Source of the DNA: Nitrospinales bacterium
GTDB taxonomy: Bacteria > Nitrospinota > Nitrospinia > Nitrospinales > VA-1
Length of the DNA: 64,000 bases
Direction of reading: 5' to 3'
Assembly: GCA_965223345.1 (NCBI GenBank)
Contig: CBDCWG010000012.1
Coordinates: 2,944,001-3,008,000 of the forward strand
Position numbers and translations under genes: made by a program. Shown here one piece after another: positions 50,944-60,941 of the stretch. The first letter of the stretch is position 1. Each line of letters opens with the position of its first letter. A model generated the notes under the pieces. It was not told where the DNA came from, ran no database searches, and saw only the letters and a program-made list of their open reading frames with translations.

Positions 50944-51204
50944 TCAGGAACCGGCTTTGTTGAGTTTGGCCACCAGCTCCGCGCGGGTTTTCACGCGCAG
51001 TTTTTTGTGGATGTTGCGGATGTGGGCTTTTTGCGTGTAGACGCTGATGAACAGTTTGCCGGCGATGTCCTTGTCGCTCATGCCTTCCCGCACCATGACG
51101 AGGATTTCATTTTCACGCGGGGTCAGATGCATGGGTGCGGCACTTTCATTTTTTTCCGTTTCCTGTTTCAGCGTTGAATCTGAGGACATCTTGCCTGAAT
51201 CCAT
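50944..51204 (-). CDS. LuxR-family HTH-only regulator (positionally CsgD-like)
   Basis: LTPRENEIL...GMSDKDIAGKLFIS..T.K.HIRNIHKKL.V.TRAEL; start uncertain (51204 or 51189). Confidence 0.85.
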   Translation of the reverse strand: MDSGKMSSDSTLKQETEKNESAAPMHLTPRENEILVMVREGMSDKDIAGKLFISVYTQKAHIRNIHKKLRVKTRAELVAKLNKAGS

Positions 51205-51910
51205 AGATTTTTTGGGGAGGGAGTCCGGGCGCTCACGGACACGCCCGGCCTCGATGGAACACACGCTGCTCAGTTTTTGGATGTTTCCGTTTCCATGTCT
51301 CCTTGCAGCAACTTTCCCGAGGGTTGCTTCTTTTCCGGCCTTTTCTCTCCCAGTTCCGCGGGAAAAACACAAAAACCTTTTTTAATAAATTTAATATAAA
51401 TTAGCGGGAATTATCTAGCATTTTCCCTGAAAATTGTAAATAGTTTGATCGGACTAAAGCAGCGTGAGTTCGGCATCCGGCGGTGTGTTTTGACGATCCG
51501 GGAAAACCAGTGTGTAAATTGTGAATTTCTAAATTCAGTGATTACAATCGCTCCTTCAACACTTCGCGGCTCTGCGAAAGCAGCGCGCACAGAGAATAAA
51601 TTTTGCAAAAAAAATTCGCATCCGCATTTTTTTCCGCGATCGCCAGGCCCACGCGCGCGCTCGAAAGACATCGCCCTGTCAAATTTTGCATGACGCGTTT
51701 TCAGGCTCGCAAGACAGCGGCGCGGGGTTTGATTTTTTTCGGATTAATCGCGGGACGCCGCGTGTGCCCGCCGCTTTCGGGATTTGCCGTTGACACTTTC
51801 CCGGCCTCTTTATATAGATAAGGCCTCCGTATGCATAAATCCGTTTGCCTTTTCCGGAAGCGCGAGCCCTTCCGGAGGGGAACCCCCACACAACTCAAAC
51901 TGGAAAAACG

Positions 51911-53419
51911 ATGAAGACACGGAATCACAGTTGGAACGGTTTTTCGACCGGCCGCGTTGCCGCCTGCGTGCTGTGCATGCTCACCCTCTTTCCGGCGCTG
52001 CTGTCGGCGGACACCCGTTCCGATTTGTTGCGGGCCAAGGAGGCCTATCAAAAGGGCGACTTCAAAACGACCCATTCCATTTTCAAAAACTTTGCGAACC
52101 GCGGCAACAAGAACGCCCAGTTCATTCTGGGGGAAATGTACGCGAAGGGGCTCGGCATCGAACCGGACCCCAAGCTGGCGCACAAATGGTACCGCATGGC
52201 GGCGGAGCAGAATTTTCACAAAGCCCAGTACCGCATGGGGGAGATGTACCGCCGCGGCTGGGGGGTTCCCAAGGACGACGGGCAGGCCGTCCAGTGGTAT
52301 CGCAAGGCCGCGCTACAGGGCCATGCCGAGGCGCAGTTCAACCTCGGCTATTTTTTCGAGCACGGCCGCGGCGTCTCGCGGGACAAGCAGGAAGCGGTGA
52401 AGTGGTACGCGCTGGCGGCCCGGCAGGGATTCACCTCCGCCCAGTTCAACCTGGCTCTGCTGTACGATGAGGGCGAAGGCGTAGCGAAAAACAAGGGCGA
52501 GGCTGCGAAATGGTACCGCAAGGCGGCGGCCAAGGGATACCCGCCGGCGCAATCGAACCTCGGCCTGCTGTACGAAATGGGACTGGGCGTCAAAAAGAAC
52601 AAGCAGGAAGCCTTCCGCCTGTATCAGCTCGCCGCGGAACAGGGTTACGCCTCCGCCCAGTTCAACCTCGGCCTGATGCACGACCGCGGACGCGGCATTC
52701 CCAAAAACAAGGAGCAGGCGGTGAAGTGGTACCGGCTGGCCGCCGAGCAGGGCTACGCTCCCGCTCAGTTCAACCTGGGCTGGATGTTCGATCAGGGACA
52801 GGGCGTGGAAAGAAACAAGAAGCAGGCCCTGCACTGGTACCGCAAGGCCGCCGAGCAGGGTCAGGCGGAAGCCCAGTTCAACCTGGGCCTGCTGAACGAT
52901 CTCGGGCGCGGGCTGCCCGTTGACAAAGGCAAAGCGGTGAAGTGGTATCAACTGGCGGCACAACAGGGACACCCGCAGGCGCAGTTGAACCTCGGCTTCA
53001 TGTACGGTAAAGGCAGCGGCGTTGCGCAAAACAAACAGAAAGCGCTGGAATGGTACCGGAAAGCCGCCGAACAGGGTTACGCCCCGGCTCAGTTGAACCT
53101 GGGGCTGGTCTACGATCAGGGCGACGGCGTTCCCGCCGACGCCAACCGGGCGTTCAAGTGGTATCGCCTCGCCGCCGAGCAGGGCCTGGCCGAAGCGCAG
53201 ATGAACCTGGGCTACCTGTTCGGAACCGGCCGGGGCGCGCCGCAGGATTATCTGAAGGCCCACCTCTGGTACAGCCTGGCCCTCTCCAAGCTGCAGCCGG
53301 GCGCCGACCGGGACCTTGCGGCCAACAACCGGGACATCGTCGCCGGGCTGCTGGACCCGGCGCAGATCGCCGAAGCGCAGAAGATGGCGGAACAATGGAA
53401 CACAAATAGAGGGGAATGA
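51911..53419 (+). CDS. Exported Sel1-repeat protein (11 repeats)
   Basis: AQFNLG.MY..G.GV.....A..WY..AA.QG repeated 11 times. Confidence 0.95.
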   Translation: MKTRNHSWNGFSTGRVAACVLCMLTLFPALLSADTRSDLLRAKEAYQKGDFKTTHSIFKNFANRGNKNAQFILGEMYAKGLGIEPDPKLAHKWYRMAAEQNFHKAQYRMGEMYRRGWGVPKDDGQAVQWYRKAALQGHAEAQFNLGYFFEHGRGVSRDKQEAVKWYALAARQGFTSAQFNLALLYDEGEGVAKNKGEAAKWYRKAAAKGYPPAQSNLGLLYEMGLGVKKNKQEAFRLYQLAAEQGYASAQFNLGLMHDRGRGIPKNKEQAVKWYRLAAEQGYAPAQFNLGWMFDQGQGVERNKKQALHWYRKAAEQGQAEAQFNLGLLNDLGRGLPVDKGKAVKWYQLAAQQGHPQAQLNLGFMYGKGSGVAQNKQKALEWYRKAAEQGYAPAQLNLGLVYDQGDGVPADANRAFKWYRLAAEQGLAEAQMNLGYLFGTGRGAPQDYLKAHLWYSLALSKLQPGADRDLAANNRDIVAGLLDPAQIAEAQKMAEQWNTNRGE

Positions 53420-53719
53420 ACGTCAGCACCGCACGGCTCGGCATGAATATGCGAACTCGCGTCCAGCCCTCCTCCCCGGCTCGTTTATGCCCCCCGAATC
53501 GCCGCAAATGGGCGTTTTTTCAGGCTTTTTCCGCTCCCGCGCCAGGGAAAATTCCGGCAAAACCGAGATAACCCTTTGATTTTTTAAAGCTTATAATTTA
53601 TCCTGAATGGGAACCGATGGATTTGCTGCGCTTGTTGGGTGGGTTTGCCTGCCGGAACCCCTCGCGGCAAGGTGCGGCCCGTACCCGGATTTTCAGCCAC
53701 TCTTTTAGAGAAGGACAGG

Positions 53720-54124
53720 ATGAATACGATCAAAATACTGCTCATTGAGGATGACAAGGATGATGTGGAAATCGTGCAGGATCTGTTGCGATCTTCAAGT
53801 CTGCAAGTGGAACTGACGGTTGCGGATTCTTCCAAACTCGGAGTCGAAAAACTGGAAAACGGGGACTACCACTGTGTGCTGATCGATCACATGATTCCGG
53901 GCATGTCCGGCATGAACGTGATCATGAAACAGCAGGAGTCCGGCTACACACGGCCGTTTATCGTCCTGACCGGTTATGGAGACGACGATCAGAAGAAGGA
54001 AATGATCGCGCGCGGCGCGTTCGATTATCTTTGCAAGCGGGACTTGAACCTCAAGACGCTGGAAGAAAAAATCCACAAGGCTCTGGTCTGGAATTACAAG
54101 AAAGACTCCGTGCAGGCGAACTGA
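53720..54124 (+). CDS. Single-domain response regulator
   Basis: ILLIEDD, LIDHMIPGMSG, IVLTG, GAFDYLCK. Confidence 0.9.
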   Translation: MNTIKILLIEDDKDDVEIVQDLLRSSSLQVELTVADSSKLGVEKLENGDYHCVLIDHMIPGMSGMNVIMKQQESGYTRPFIVLTGYGDDDQKKEMIARGAFDYLCKRDLNLKTLEEKIHKALVWNYKKDSVQAN

Positions 54125-54212
54125 CGCCCCTTCGCCGCATCCCTCCCTTTATTCTTTATCCCTTACAGCGATTGCTTGCCGTCTCAGCGGCTCTCAGCGC
54201 GGACCTGCGTTT

Positions 54213-54692
54213 TCAGTGATGCCCGCCGCCCTGGTCGTGGGAATGACCGTGCTCGATTTCTTCCTGGGTGGCTTCGCGGATCTTGAGAATTTCCACTGAA
54301 AAATGCAGCGATTCGCCGGCCAGCGGATGGTTGCCGTCGATTTTCACATCCTCGCCCTCTTCCTCGACGATCGTGAAGATGTGGTTGTTCTCTCCGAGCG
54401 TGGCTTCGAACTGGATGCCCGGCAGGATTTTCATGTCTTCGGGGAATTTGGACCGCGGCAGCTTCAATCGCAGGTCGGGAATCACGTCGCCGTAGCCTTC
54501 CTTGGGGGAGAGATCGATGTCTTTCTTGTCTCCGGCGGCCATACCCTCCAGCGCCTTTTCCAGGCCGGGCACGATCTGGTTGTGTCCGTGCAGATAGGAG
54601 AGCGGTTTTTCCGGATCGGCGCGATCCAGCTCTTTGCCCTCGGCGTTCTTCAATTGATAGCTCAGCGAAACGACGGTGTTTTTAGTGATCAT
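54213..54692 (-). CDS. slyD: FKBP-type peptidyl-prolyl isomerase SlyD
   Basis: PLSYLHG, GLEKALEG, DGNHPLAG, REATQEEIEHGH with short His tail. Confidence 0.95.
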   Translation of the reverse strand: MITKNTVVSLSYQLKNAEGKELDRADPEKPLSYLHGHNQIVPGLEKALEGMAAGDKKDIDLSPKEGYGDVIPDLRLKLPRSKFPEDMKILPGIQFEATLGENNHIFTIVEEEGEDVKIDGNHPLAGESLHFSVEILKIREATQEEIEHGHSHDQGGGHH

Positions 54693-55008
54693 GTAAGGAC
54701 CCTTTCTCGATCGGTTATCCCGGATTGCGGGATGGATTGCCTTGCCGGGTGGGGATGTACTCCCGGAGCGTTTTCAGGCTGAAAAAGAGTGCAATCTCGG
54801 ACGGGTCAAGATCAAGGTTTGGGGAAAGGGAGGTGCGGGCTTTTCCCACCAACCGGCTGAATTTCCGGTACAAGCGGTTCTGCCTGTGTCTGAGTGCAGA
54901 GTTTTCCAGGACTGTCCCTGGATTCTGCCATGTTTGCACGGGTCCGTCAACCGGCCGCATGCCGAATCGACCGGGGTCCCGCTTGCGTGCCAATCGGCGG
55001 GGAACGCT

Positions 55009-55992
55009 TCAATGCGGGTTCTGTTTCGGTTTCCAGCTTTTCAGGCGCTTTTGCGATTCGGCCAGCTGTTCGGGGGTCATCTGCTTTTCCACGAACTTGC
55101 GGAACTTGACGGCCAGCTCGCGCTCCTCGCCTTCGCGGAACTTGCGCGCCGCCAGGCTGTACCAGACGTGCGCCGCGATGAAATCCTTGTCCACCCCCAG
55201 GCCCTCGAGGTATTTCGATCCCAGGTTGAACTGCGCCGGGGCGAGGTTCTGTTCGGCCGCCTTCTGGTACCATTTGGCGGCCTGCTCCAGGTTTTCCGGC
55301 ACGCCTTTTCCGGTTTCGTACATGACGCCCAGTTTGTGCTGGGCGGCGGCGTGATTCTGCTTTGCGGCCTGTTCGTACAGCTCGAAGGCTTTTTCCGGGC
55401 TGGTTTCCACGCCGGAGCCCTTGTCGTACATCACACCCAGGTTGTGCTGCGCGGCGGCGAGGTTCTGTTCGGCCGCCTTCCGATACCAGTGCACGGCTTT
55501 CTCGTTGTCCTCGGGAAGGCCCAGCCCCTTGTCGTACATGACGCCGAGGTTGTGCTGCGCGGGCGCGATCCCCTGGGCGGCGGCCTTCTGATACCACTGC
55601 ACCGCCTTGCGGTAATCCTGCGAGACCCCGAAGCCCTTGTCGTAGAAAACGGCGATGTTGTGCTGCGCGGCGGCCATGCCCTGGGAGGCGGCTTTGTGAT
55701 ACCACTGCGCGGCTTTCTTGAAATCCTGCGGCACGCCTTCGCCGCGTTCATACAGGATGGCGAGATCGTACTGGGCGACCGGGAACCCCCGTTCGGCCAG
55801 CTTCCTGAATATGGCCGCGGCGGTTTTGTGGTCCCCCTTGCCGTGGGCCATGAGTCCTTTTTCGTATTCTTCCCTGGAATCCTGCTTCGGATCGGCAAAC
55901 GCGCAGGCCCCGGCCCCGAGGAAAAAGATTCCCAGTGTGAGCGCGGCGAACCAGTGCCATCCGAGAGAGCGTTGCGCCTCCATGTTCATCAT
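55009..55992 (-). CDS. Exported Sel1-repeat protein (6 repeats)
   Basis: AQHNLGVMY..G.G repeats; signal peptide. Confidence 0.93.
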   Translation of the reverse strand: MMNMEAQRSLGWHWFAALTLGIFFLGAGACAFADPKQDSREEYEKGLMAHGKGDHKTAAAIFRKLAERGFPVAQYDLAILYERGEGVPQDFKKAAQWYHKAASQGMAAAQHNIAVFYDKGFGVSQDYRKAVQWYQKAAAQGIAPAQHNLGVMYDKGLGLPEDNEKAVHWYRKAAEQNLAAAQHNLGVMYDKGSGVETSPEKAFELYEQAAKQNHAAAQHKLGVMYETGKGVPENLEQAAKWYQKAAEQNLAPAQFNLGSKYLEGLGVDKDFIAAHVWYSLAARKFREGEERELAVKFRKFVEKQMTPEQLAESQKRLKSWKPKQNPH

Positions 55993-56142
55993 CGGTCCTC
56001 ACCGTTCGGTCGATTAGTGCGAAAGCAAATCCCCATCGGGGGCTGCCGTTTTCCGGGATGCGGTCAATCTATCCCGTCTCGCCGCTATTTTCAAAGAAAA
56101 AGGCGACGGCGACGGCAAAATCCGCACACGGCGGCAGCCATG

Positions 56143-57771
56143 TCATTCCATGCCGATGACTTTTCCTTCCTGAAGGTCGATTTGTTCCGCCCGGGGAACT
56201 TTCGGCAGGCCCGGCATGCGCAGGATGTCGCCGGTCAGGGGGATGAGGAACCCGGCTCCGGCGGCGATGAGGATCTCGCGCACGGTGACGGAAAAATTTT
56301 CCGGCCGGCCCCATTTTTTGGGGTCGTCGGTCAGAGAGGCTGGGGTCTTGGCGATGCAGACCGGCAGGTTTTCGTAGCCGAGTTTGTGGATGGAGGCCAG
56401 GTCGCGTTCGGCTTTTTTACCATACTTGACCTTTTCGGCGCCGTACATGCCGTTCGCCACTTTCCAGATTTTCGTCTTCACGTCTTCATTCCAGTCGTAC
56501 AGGGGACAGAAGGGGCTGGATTTTTTCTCGGCGTGCCGCATGACCTGCCGGGCCAACTCCACACCGCCCTGCCCCCCTTCTTCGAACACCCGGCTCACCG
56601 CGAACGGGACTTTCAAATTGTGTTCGCAATGGTCGCGCACCACCGCGATCTCGTCCTCCGCATCGCCGGTGAAATGATTCAGGCAGACCACAGGCGGTTC
56701 GCAGAATTTCTGGATGTTGCCCACGTGCTGATCCAGATTGGCGAGTCCGCGCCGCACCGCCTCCGCATCCGGCGCATTCAGTTGATCCTTGTCCACGCCG
56801 CCGTGCAGCTTGAGCGCCCGGCAGGTGGCGACCAGCACCACCGCCGCCGTGTCGAGCCCGGCGCCGCGGCATTTGATGTCGTAGAATTTTTCCGCGCCCA
56901 GATCGAACCCGAAGCCCGCTTCCGTCACCGCCCAGTCGGCGAGGGCCAGCGCCGTGCGGGTGGCCAGCACCGAGTTGCAGCCGTGCGCGATGTTGGCGAA
57001 GGGGCCGCCGTGGATCAATGCCGGAACGCCTTCGTTGGTCTGCACAAGGTTGGGCAGCAGCGCGTCTTTCAGCAGCACGGCCATCGCACCGACCGCGTTG
57101 ACTTCATCGGCGGTGACCGGATCGCCCTCGACGGTGAAGGCCACGAGGATTTTCTTCAGCCGCGCCTTGAGGTCCTCGTATCCGTTAGCGAGACAGAGGA
57201 TGGCCATGATTTCGGAAGCGGCGGTGATGTCGAACCCGGTCTCGCGCGGCACTCCCTGCAGCACGCCTCCCAGTCCGCTGACGATGTTGCGCAGCGAACG
57301 GTCGTTCATGTCCACCACCCGCCGCCAGGTGATGCGGCGCGGATCGATATTGGACAGGCCCTTCTGATAGATGCGGTTGTCCAGCATGGCCGCGAGAAAA
57401 TTGTGGGCGGCGGTGACGGCGTGAAAATCGCCGTTGAAATGCAGGTTGATGTCCTCCAGGGGCAGGACCCGGCTTTTGCCGCCGCCGGTGGCGCCGCCTT
57501 TCATGCCGAGGCAGGGTCCCAGCGACGGTTCGCGCAGCGTCAGGCAGACGCTTTCTCCGAGCTGGCCGAGCGCCTGGCTGAGTCCGATGGAGGTGGTGGT
57601 TTTTCCTTCGCCCGCCGCGGTGGGGGTGATGGCCGAAACCAGAATGAGCTTTCCCTTCGAGGGGAAGCGTTCCAGGACTTCCAGCCGGACCTTGGCCTTG
57701 TGCGGGCCGTAAAGGATCAGGTCGTGTTCGCGGAGCCCCAGTTTTTCGGCGATCTCGATGACGGGCCGCAT
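56143..57771 (-). CDS. fhs: Formate--tetrahydrofolate ligase
   Basis: TPTAAGEGKTT, INLHFNGD, HGGPFANIAHG, TEAGFG, MPGLP. Confidence 0.98.
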   Translation of the reverse strand: MRPVIEIAEKLGLREHDLILYGPHKAKVRLEVLERFPSKGKLILVSAITPTAAGEGKTTTSIGLSQALGQLGESVCLTLREPSLGPCLGMKGGATGGGKSRVLPLEDINLHFNGDFHAVTAAHNFLAAMLDNRIYQKGLSNIDPRRITWRRVVDMNDRSLRNIVSGLGGVLQGVPRETGFDITAASEIMAILCLANGYEDLKARLKKILVAFTVEGDPVTADEVNAVGAMAVLLKDALLPNLVQTNEGVPALIHGGPFANIAHGCNSVLATRTALALADWAVTEAGFGFDLGAEKFYDIKCRGAGLDTAAVVLVATCRALKLHGGVDKDQLNAPDAEAVRRGLANLDQHVGNIQKFCEPPVVCLNHFTGDAEDEIAVVRDHCEHNLKVPFAVSRVFEEGGQGGVELARQVMRHAEKKSSPFCPLYDWNEDVKTKIWKVANGMYGAEKVKYGKKAERDLASIHKLGYENLPVCIAKTPASLTDDPKKWGRPENFSVTVREILIAAGAGFLIPLTGDILRMPGLPKVPRAEQIDLQEGKVIGME

Positions 57772-57843
57772 GACAACCGGAGTGAAGTTTCGGGACAGAA
57801 CGGAGCGCAGTTTACCACATTTTGCCGCCGGGAAGCGGAGCCG

Positions 57844-58614
57844 TCATTTGACGTTGTGGAGAATCCGGTTCTTCATGTATTCCACCAGCGTGGGGTAATA
57901 CCAGAGCCGGGCGGGCTGGCCGCTGGGGCGGATGATCCTCTGCCTTCCGGACACATCGCGCAGCGCCGATTTCATGAGGGGGATCGCCTTGGCCACCTGG
58001 TGATAGGGGTAGGTGTTGAAGTTGTCCTTGTCGCTCACGGTGATGGTCTCTTGATACAGCACGCCACCGGAGCCGTCGCCTTTTTCCATGCGCAGCACGG
58101 TCACGCCGCAGTTGGGGATGTCCTGCTGCGTGAGCGCCCAGTAACCACCGTGCGCGCCCTGGTACTTGGGCACGATCCCGACATGCGTGTGCAGGAAGGG
58201 GGCGCGGACGCAATTGAGCACGTCCTCATGCAGCGTGTCCACTTCCTCCACAACCACCGCATTCGGAGCCAGGCGCGTCAACAGCCGTTTGGTTTCCTCG
58301 CTGTTGAGGGTCTGCACGCGGACCAGCTTCTCTTTCGGGAAAGGAGCGTTGTCCAAACGATAGCGTTCTTTGATCTTTTCGATTTGCGGCCGGGAACGGC
58401 GGCTCAGATACTGGTTGTAGAGCATGAACGAAACCTGACCCATCACCTTGCTGGGGCCGAGGGTCTTCAGTCGGCGCAGCAGCAGCTGCGTTTTGGGGGG
58501 CTTCTTTTCCTTGATGACTTTCAGGATGTCGAAATCATTTTTCAGGCCGTGATACATGATGCGGGACGAATCCCGCCCCTCCACCAACATCACGACCTTG
58601 ATCTTTGAAGGCAT
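57844..58614 (-). CDS. Formyltransferase-family protein (atypical catalytic motifs)
   Basis: HTHVGIVPKYQGAHGGYWAL, GVTVL...G.VLYQ; AAGGAG RBS. Confidence 0.75.
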   Translation of the reverse strand: MPSKIKVVMLVEGRDSSRIMYHGLKNDFDILKVIKEKKPPKTQLLLRRLKTLGPSKVMGQVSFMLYNQYLSRRSRPQIEKIKERYRLDNAPFPKEKLVRVQTLNSEETKRLLTRLAPNAVVVEEVDTLHEDVLNCVRAPFLHTHVGIVPKYQGAHGGYWALTQQDIPNCGVTVLRMEKGDGSGGVLYQETITVSDKDNFNTYPYHQVAKAIPLMKSALRDVSGRQRIIRPSGQPARLWYYPTLVEYMKNRILHNVK

Positions 58615-59178
58615 CGTGAACTCCTTGTGAGAACCCGCGATCGTTCTTCCAAACAAAAATCACGATGGCCGCCGGCGCAACCGTTGTGCGTTGCGCAGGC
58701 TTTGTCCGGTTACCGTCACAAAAAAGATCGCTTCTCACATCCGGTGGTTGCCGTTGAACACCCCCATTCCATATCCAAAGAACAAGCCAGAAATGGCGTC
58801 GGCGCTTTCAAGAATTCACACAAAATTAATACATTTATTGATTAAATTTAAGCTATCACGATTTTTTTTATTTGCCACTTTTTTTCACCTTTTTGTTCTC
58901 CCTTTTCCTGCCTCTTTGAATTTATTTTCGTTTAAGAAAAAAGAATATTATTGAAACGTTTTTTTTCGCCCAAGCGTGAATTTTTGCAGTAAGCTGACCG
59001 GGATTTCGCAATCCTTTATTTTTCAACCCCTCTAGTTTGATCGAACGACACAACCCGTGCGCCATTGCGCGCCGCCGGGTTTGCGCGGGCTGCGTTTTGT
59101 GATCCAGGCCCGGTTTTGCAAACGCTTGATAAAAACGAATGAAGATTTCCGTCCACCCTCATACCCAGGTGATCGCAA

Positions 59179-59907
59179 ATGAAAAAAATCCTTGCCGGTG
59201 TTTTCTGTCTCTTTCTGGTTCCCGCCGCCCCCAGCCAGGCTGGCCTGTTCGAGGATCTGCTGGGCGGGTTGAAAAATTCACCCGTCATGAGCGGCGCTCC
59301 GGACCTTGAGACCACCATCGCCGGCCTGAAACAGGCGCTGTCCGTGGGCACGGAGAACGCCGTGGCCTATCTTTCCCGAAACAACGGTTACTTCAGCAAC
59401 GAGGCGGTGAAAATCCTGATGCCGGAGCAGATCCAGAACGTGGCGGAAACCATGAAAAAATTCGGGTTTCAACAGCAGGTGGAAAGCTTCGAGCTGAGCA
59501 TGAACCGGGCCGCCGAGAAAGCCGCGCCGCAGGCCAAGCGTTTTTTCCTCGATGCGATTCAGGAGATGACGTTCGACGATGCCAAGGGGATCCTGAACGG
59601 CGGCGACACCTCGGCGACGGAATACCTGAAAAGCAAAACCTCCGGCAAAATTTACGACGCCTTCAAACCGCTGGTGGAGTCCAGCCTCGATCAGGTGGGG
59701 GGGACCGCGGCCTACAACAACATGATGAAAACCTTCACCTCGCTGCCGTTCATGTCGGCGCAATCCCTGGATCTGAACCACTATGTGACCAACGAGGCGA
59801 TGGCCGGATTGTTCACGATGGTGGGCGAGGAGGAGAAAAAGATCCGCACCAATCCCGCTGCACGGGTGACGGATCTGTTGCAGAAGGTATTCGGAAATAA
59901 GGGCTGA
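59179..59907 (+). CDS. DUF4197 family exported protein
   Basis: GLKQALSVG, VKILMP, SMNRAAE, DAKGIL.G...AT.YL, EEKKIR.NP. Confidence 0.92.
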   Translation: MKKILAGVFCLFLVPAAPSQAGLFEDLLGGLKNSPVMSGAPDLETTIAGLKQALSVGTENAVAYLSRNNGYFSNEAVKILMPEQIQNVAETMKKFGFQQQVESFELSMNRAAEKAAPQAKRFFLDAIQEMTFDDAKGILNGGDTSATEYLKSKTSGKIYDAFKPLVESSLDQVGGTAAYNNMMKTFTSLPFMSAQSLDLNHYVTNEAMAGLFTMVGEEEKKIRTNPAARVTDLLQKVFGNKG

Positions 59908-60045
59908 ACCCGCGTCCGGATTTCAGGCCGGAAATTCACTCAACTTGGGCTTGATTCTGCAAATGCGATCGGTGTACGGTGAAAAGATCCAGCGAAAATC
60001 TGCGTGGTTTCCAACCTCATCCGCAAAATTAAGGAGAAGTCTGTC

Positions 60046-60600
60046 ATGAATCTATTCGAAATGCTGCTCAACAACCAGGGCGGGGAAACCGTCAAACAAA
60101 TGGGAAAAGCCGTCGGCCTCGGTGAATCCGACACCAAAAACATTCTGGAGAAGGTGCTGCCCGCTGTCACGCGCGGGCTGAAAAACAACGCCCACAGCGA
60201 ATCCGGCCTCGAAAGCCTGATGAGCGCCCTGAACAAAGGTCAGCACCAGCGTTATCTGGAACAGCCGCAAACGCTCAATCAACCGGACAGCATCCTGGAC
60301 GGCAACGCCATCCTCGGACACATTTTCGGCAGCAAGGACGTGAGCCGCAACGTGGCGAGCCACGCCGCCAAGCAGACCGGACAGGATTCGGGCATCATCA
60401 AGAAGCTGCTTCCGATGGTGGCCGCCGCGGCGATGGGCGCGCTGAGCAAACAAACCAACGGCGGCACCTCCCCCAGCCCGTCCATGAGCAGCAGCAACAA
60501 CGACAACTCGCCGATGGGCCTTCTGGGATCGTTTCTCGATGCGGACAACGACGGCGATGTGATGGACGACATTCTGGGCATGGCCAAAAAATTCTTCTGA
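60046..60600 (+). CDS. DUF937 family protein
   Basis: GNAILGHIFGSKDVSR.VA, KKLLPMVA, C-terminal LDADNDGDVMDD. Confidence 0.88.
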   Translation: MNLFEMLLNNQGGETVKQMGKAVGLGESDTKNILEKVLPAVTRGLKNNAHSESGLESLMSALNKGQHQRYLEQPQTLNQPDSILDGNAILGHIFGSKDVSRNVASHAAKQTGQDSGIIKKLLPMVAAAAMGALSKQTNGGTSPSPSMSSSNNDNSPMGLLGSFLDADNDGDVMDDILGMAKKFF

Positions 60601-60698
60601 TCTTTTTGACACGATGACATTCGCAATCCCGTTTCCGGGAAAGGTCTGCCTGCCCACCCGGCGGCGTTCACCCATTCATCGCAGGTAAGGAGTCCGAC

Positions 60699-60902
60699 AT
60701 GTCCATCGCACGCATCACTGAAATCAACGCCGCTTCGAGTAAAAGTTTCGACGACGCCATCCGCACCGGGATTCAAAGGGCCAACAAGACGCTGCGCAAC
60801 GTCAAGGGCGCCTGGATCAAGGAGCAGAAGGTGGTGGTCAAGGAAGGCGCGGTCACGGAATACCGGGTCAACATGAAGGTGAGTTTCGTACTGGATGACT
60901 GA
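60699..60902 (+). CDS. Dodecin family protein
   Basis: SSKSFDDAI..GI.RA.KTLRNV, EYRVNMKVSF. Confidence 0.92.
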   Translation: MSIARITEINAASSKSFDDAIRTGIQRANKTLRNVKGAWIKEQKVVVKEGAVTEYRVNMKVSFVLDD

Positions 60903-60941
60903 TTCCCATCAACCGATTGCACTAAACAGAGAGGCATTGCT

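Noticed and set aside
52100..53300. 108-bp periodic repeats
   Set aside because: Explained by Sel1 protein repeats
54742..58608. 1288-aa plus-strand ORF
   Set aside because: Antisense shadow of three well-supported minus-strand genes (Sel1, fhs, formyltransferase) that share a frame register; no recognisable motifs; common in GC-rich DNA
58620..58800. Possible ZTP (pfl) riboswitch upstream of the formyltransferase-fhs pair
   Set aside because: Only AACCACCGG resembles it; the GACTGGCG and CGCCTGGG pseudoknot elements were not found
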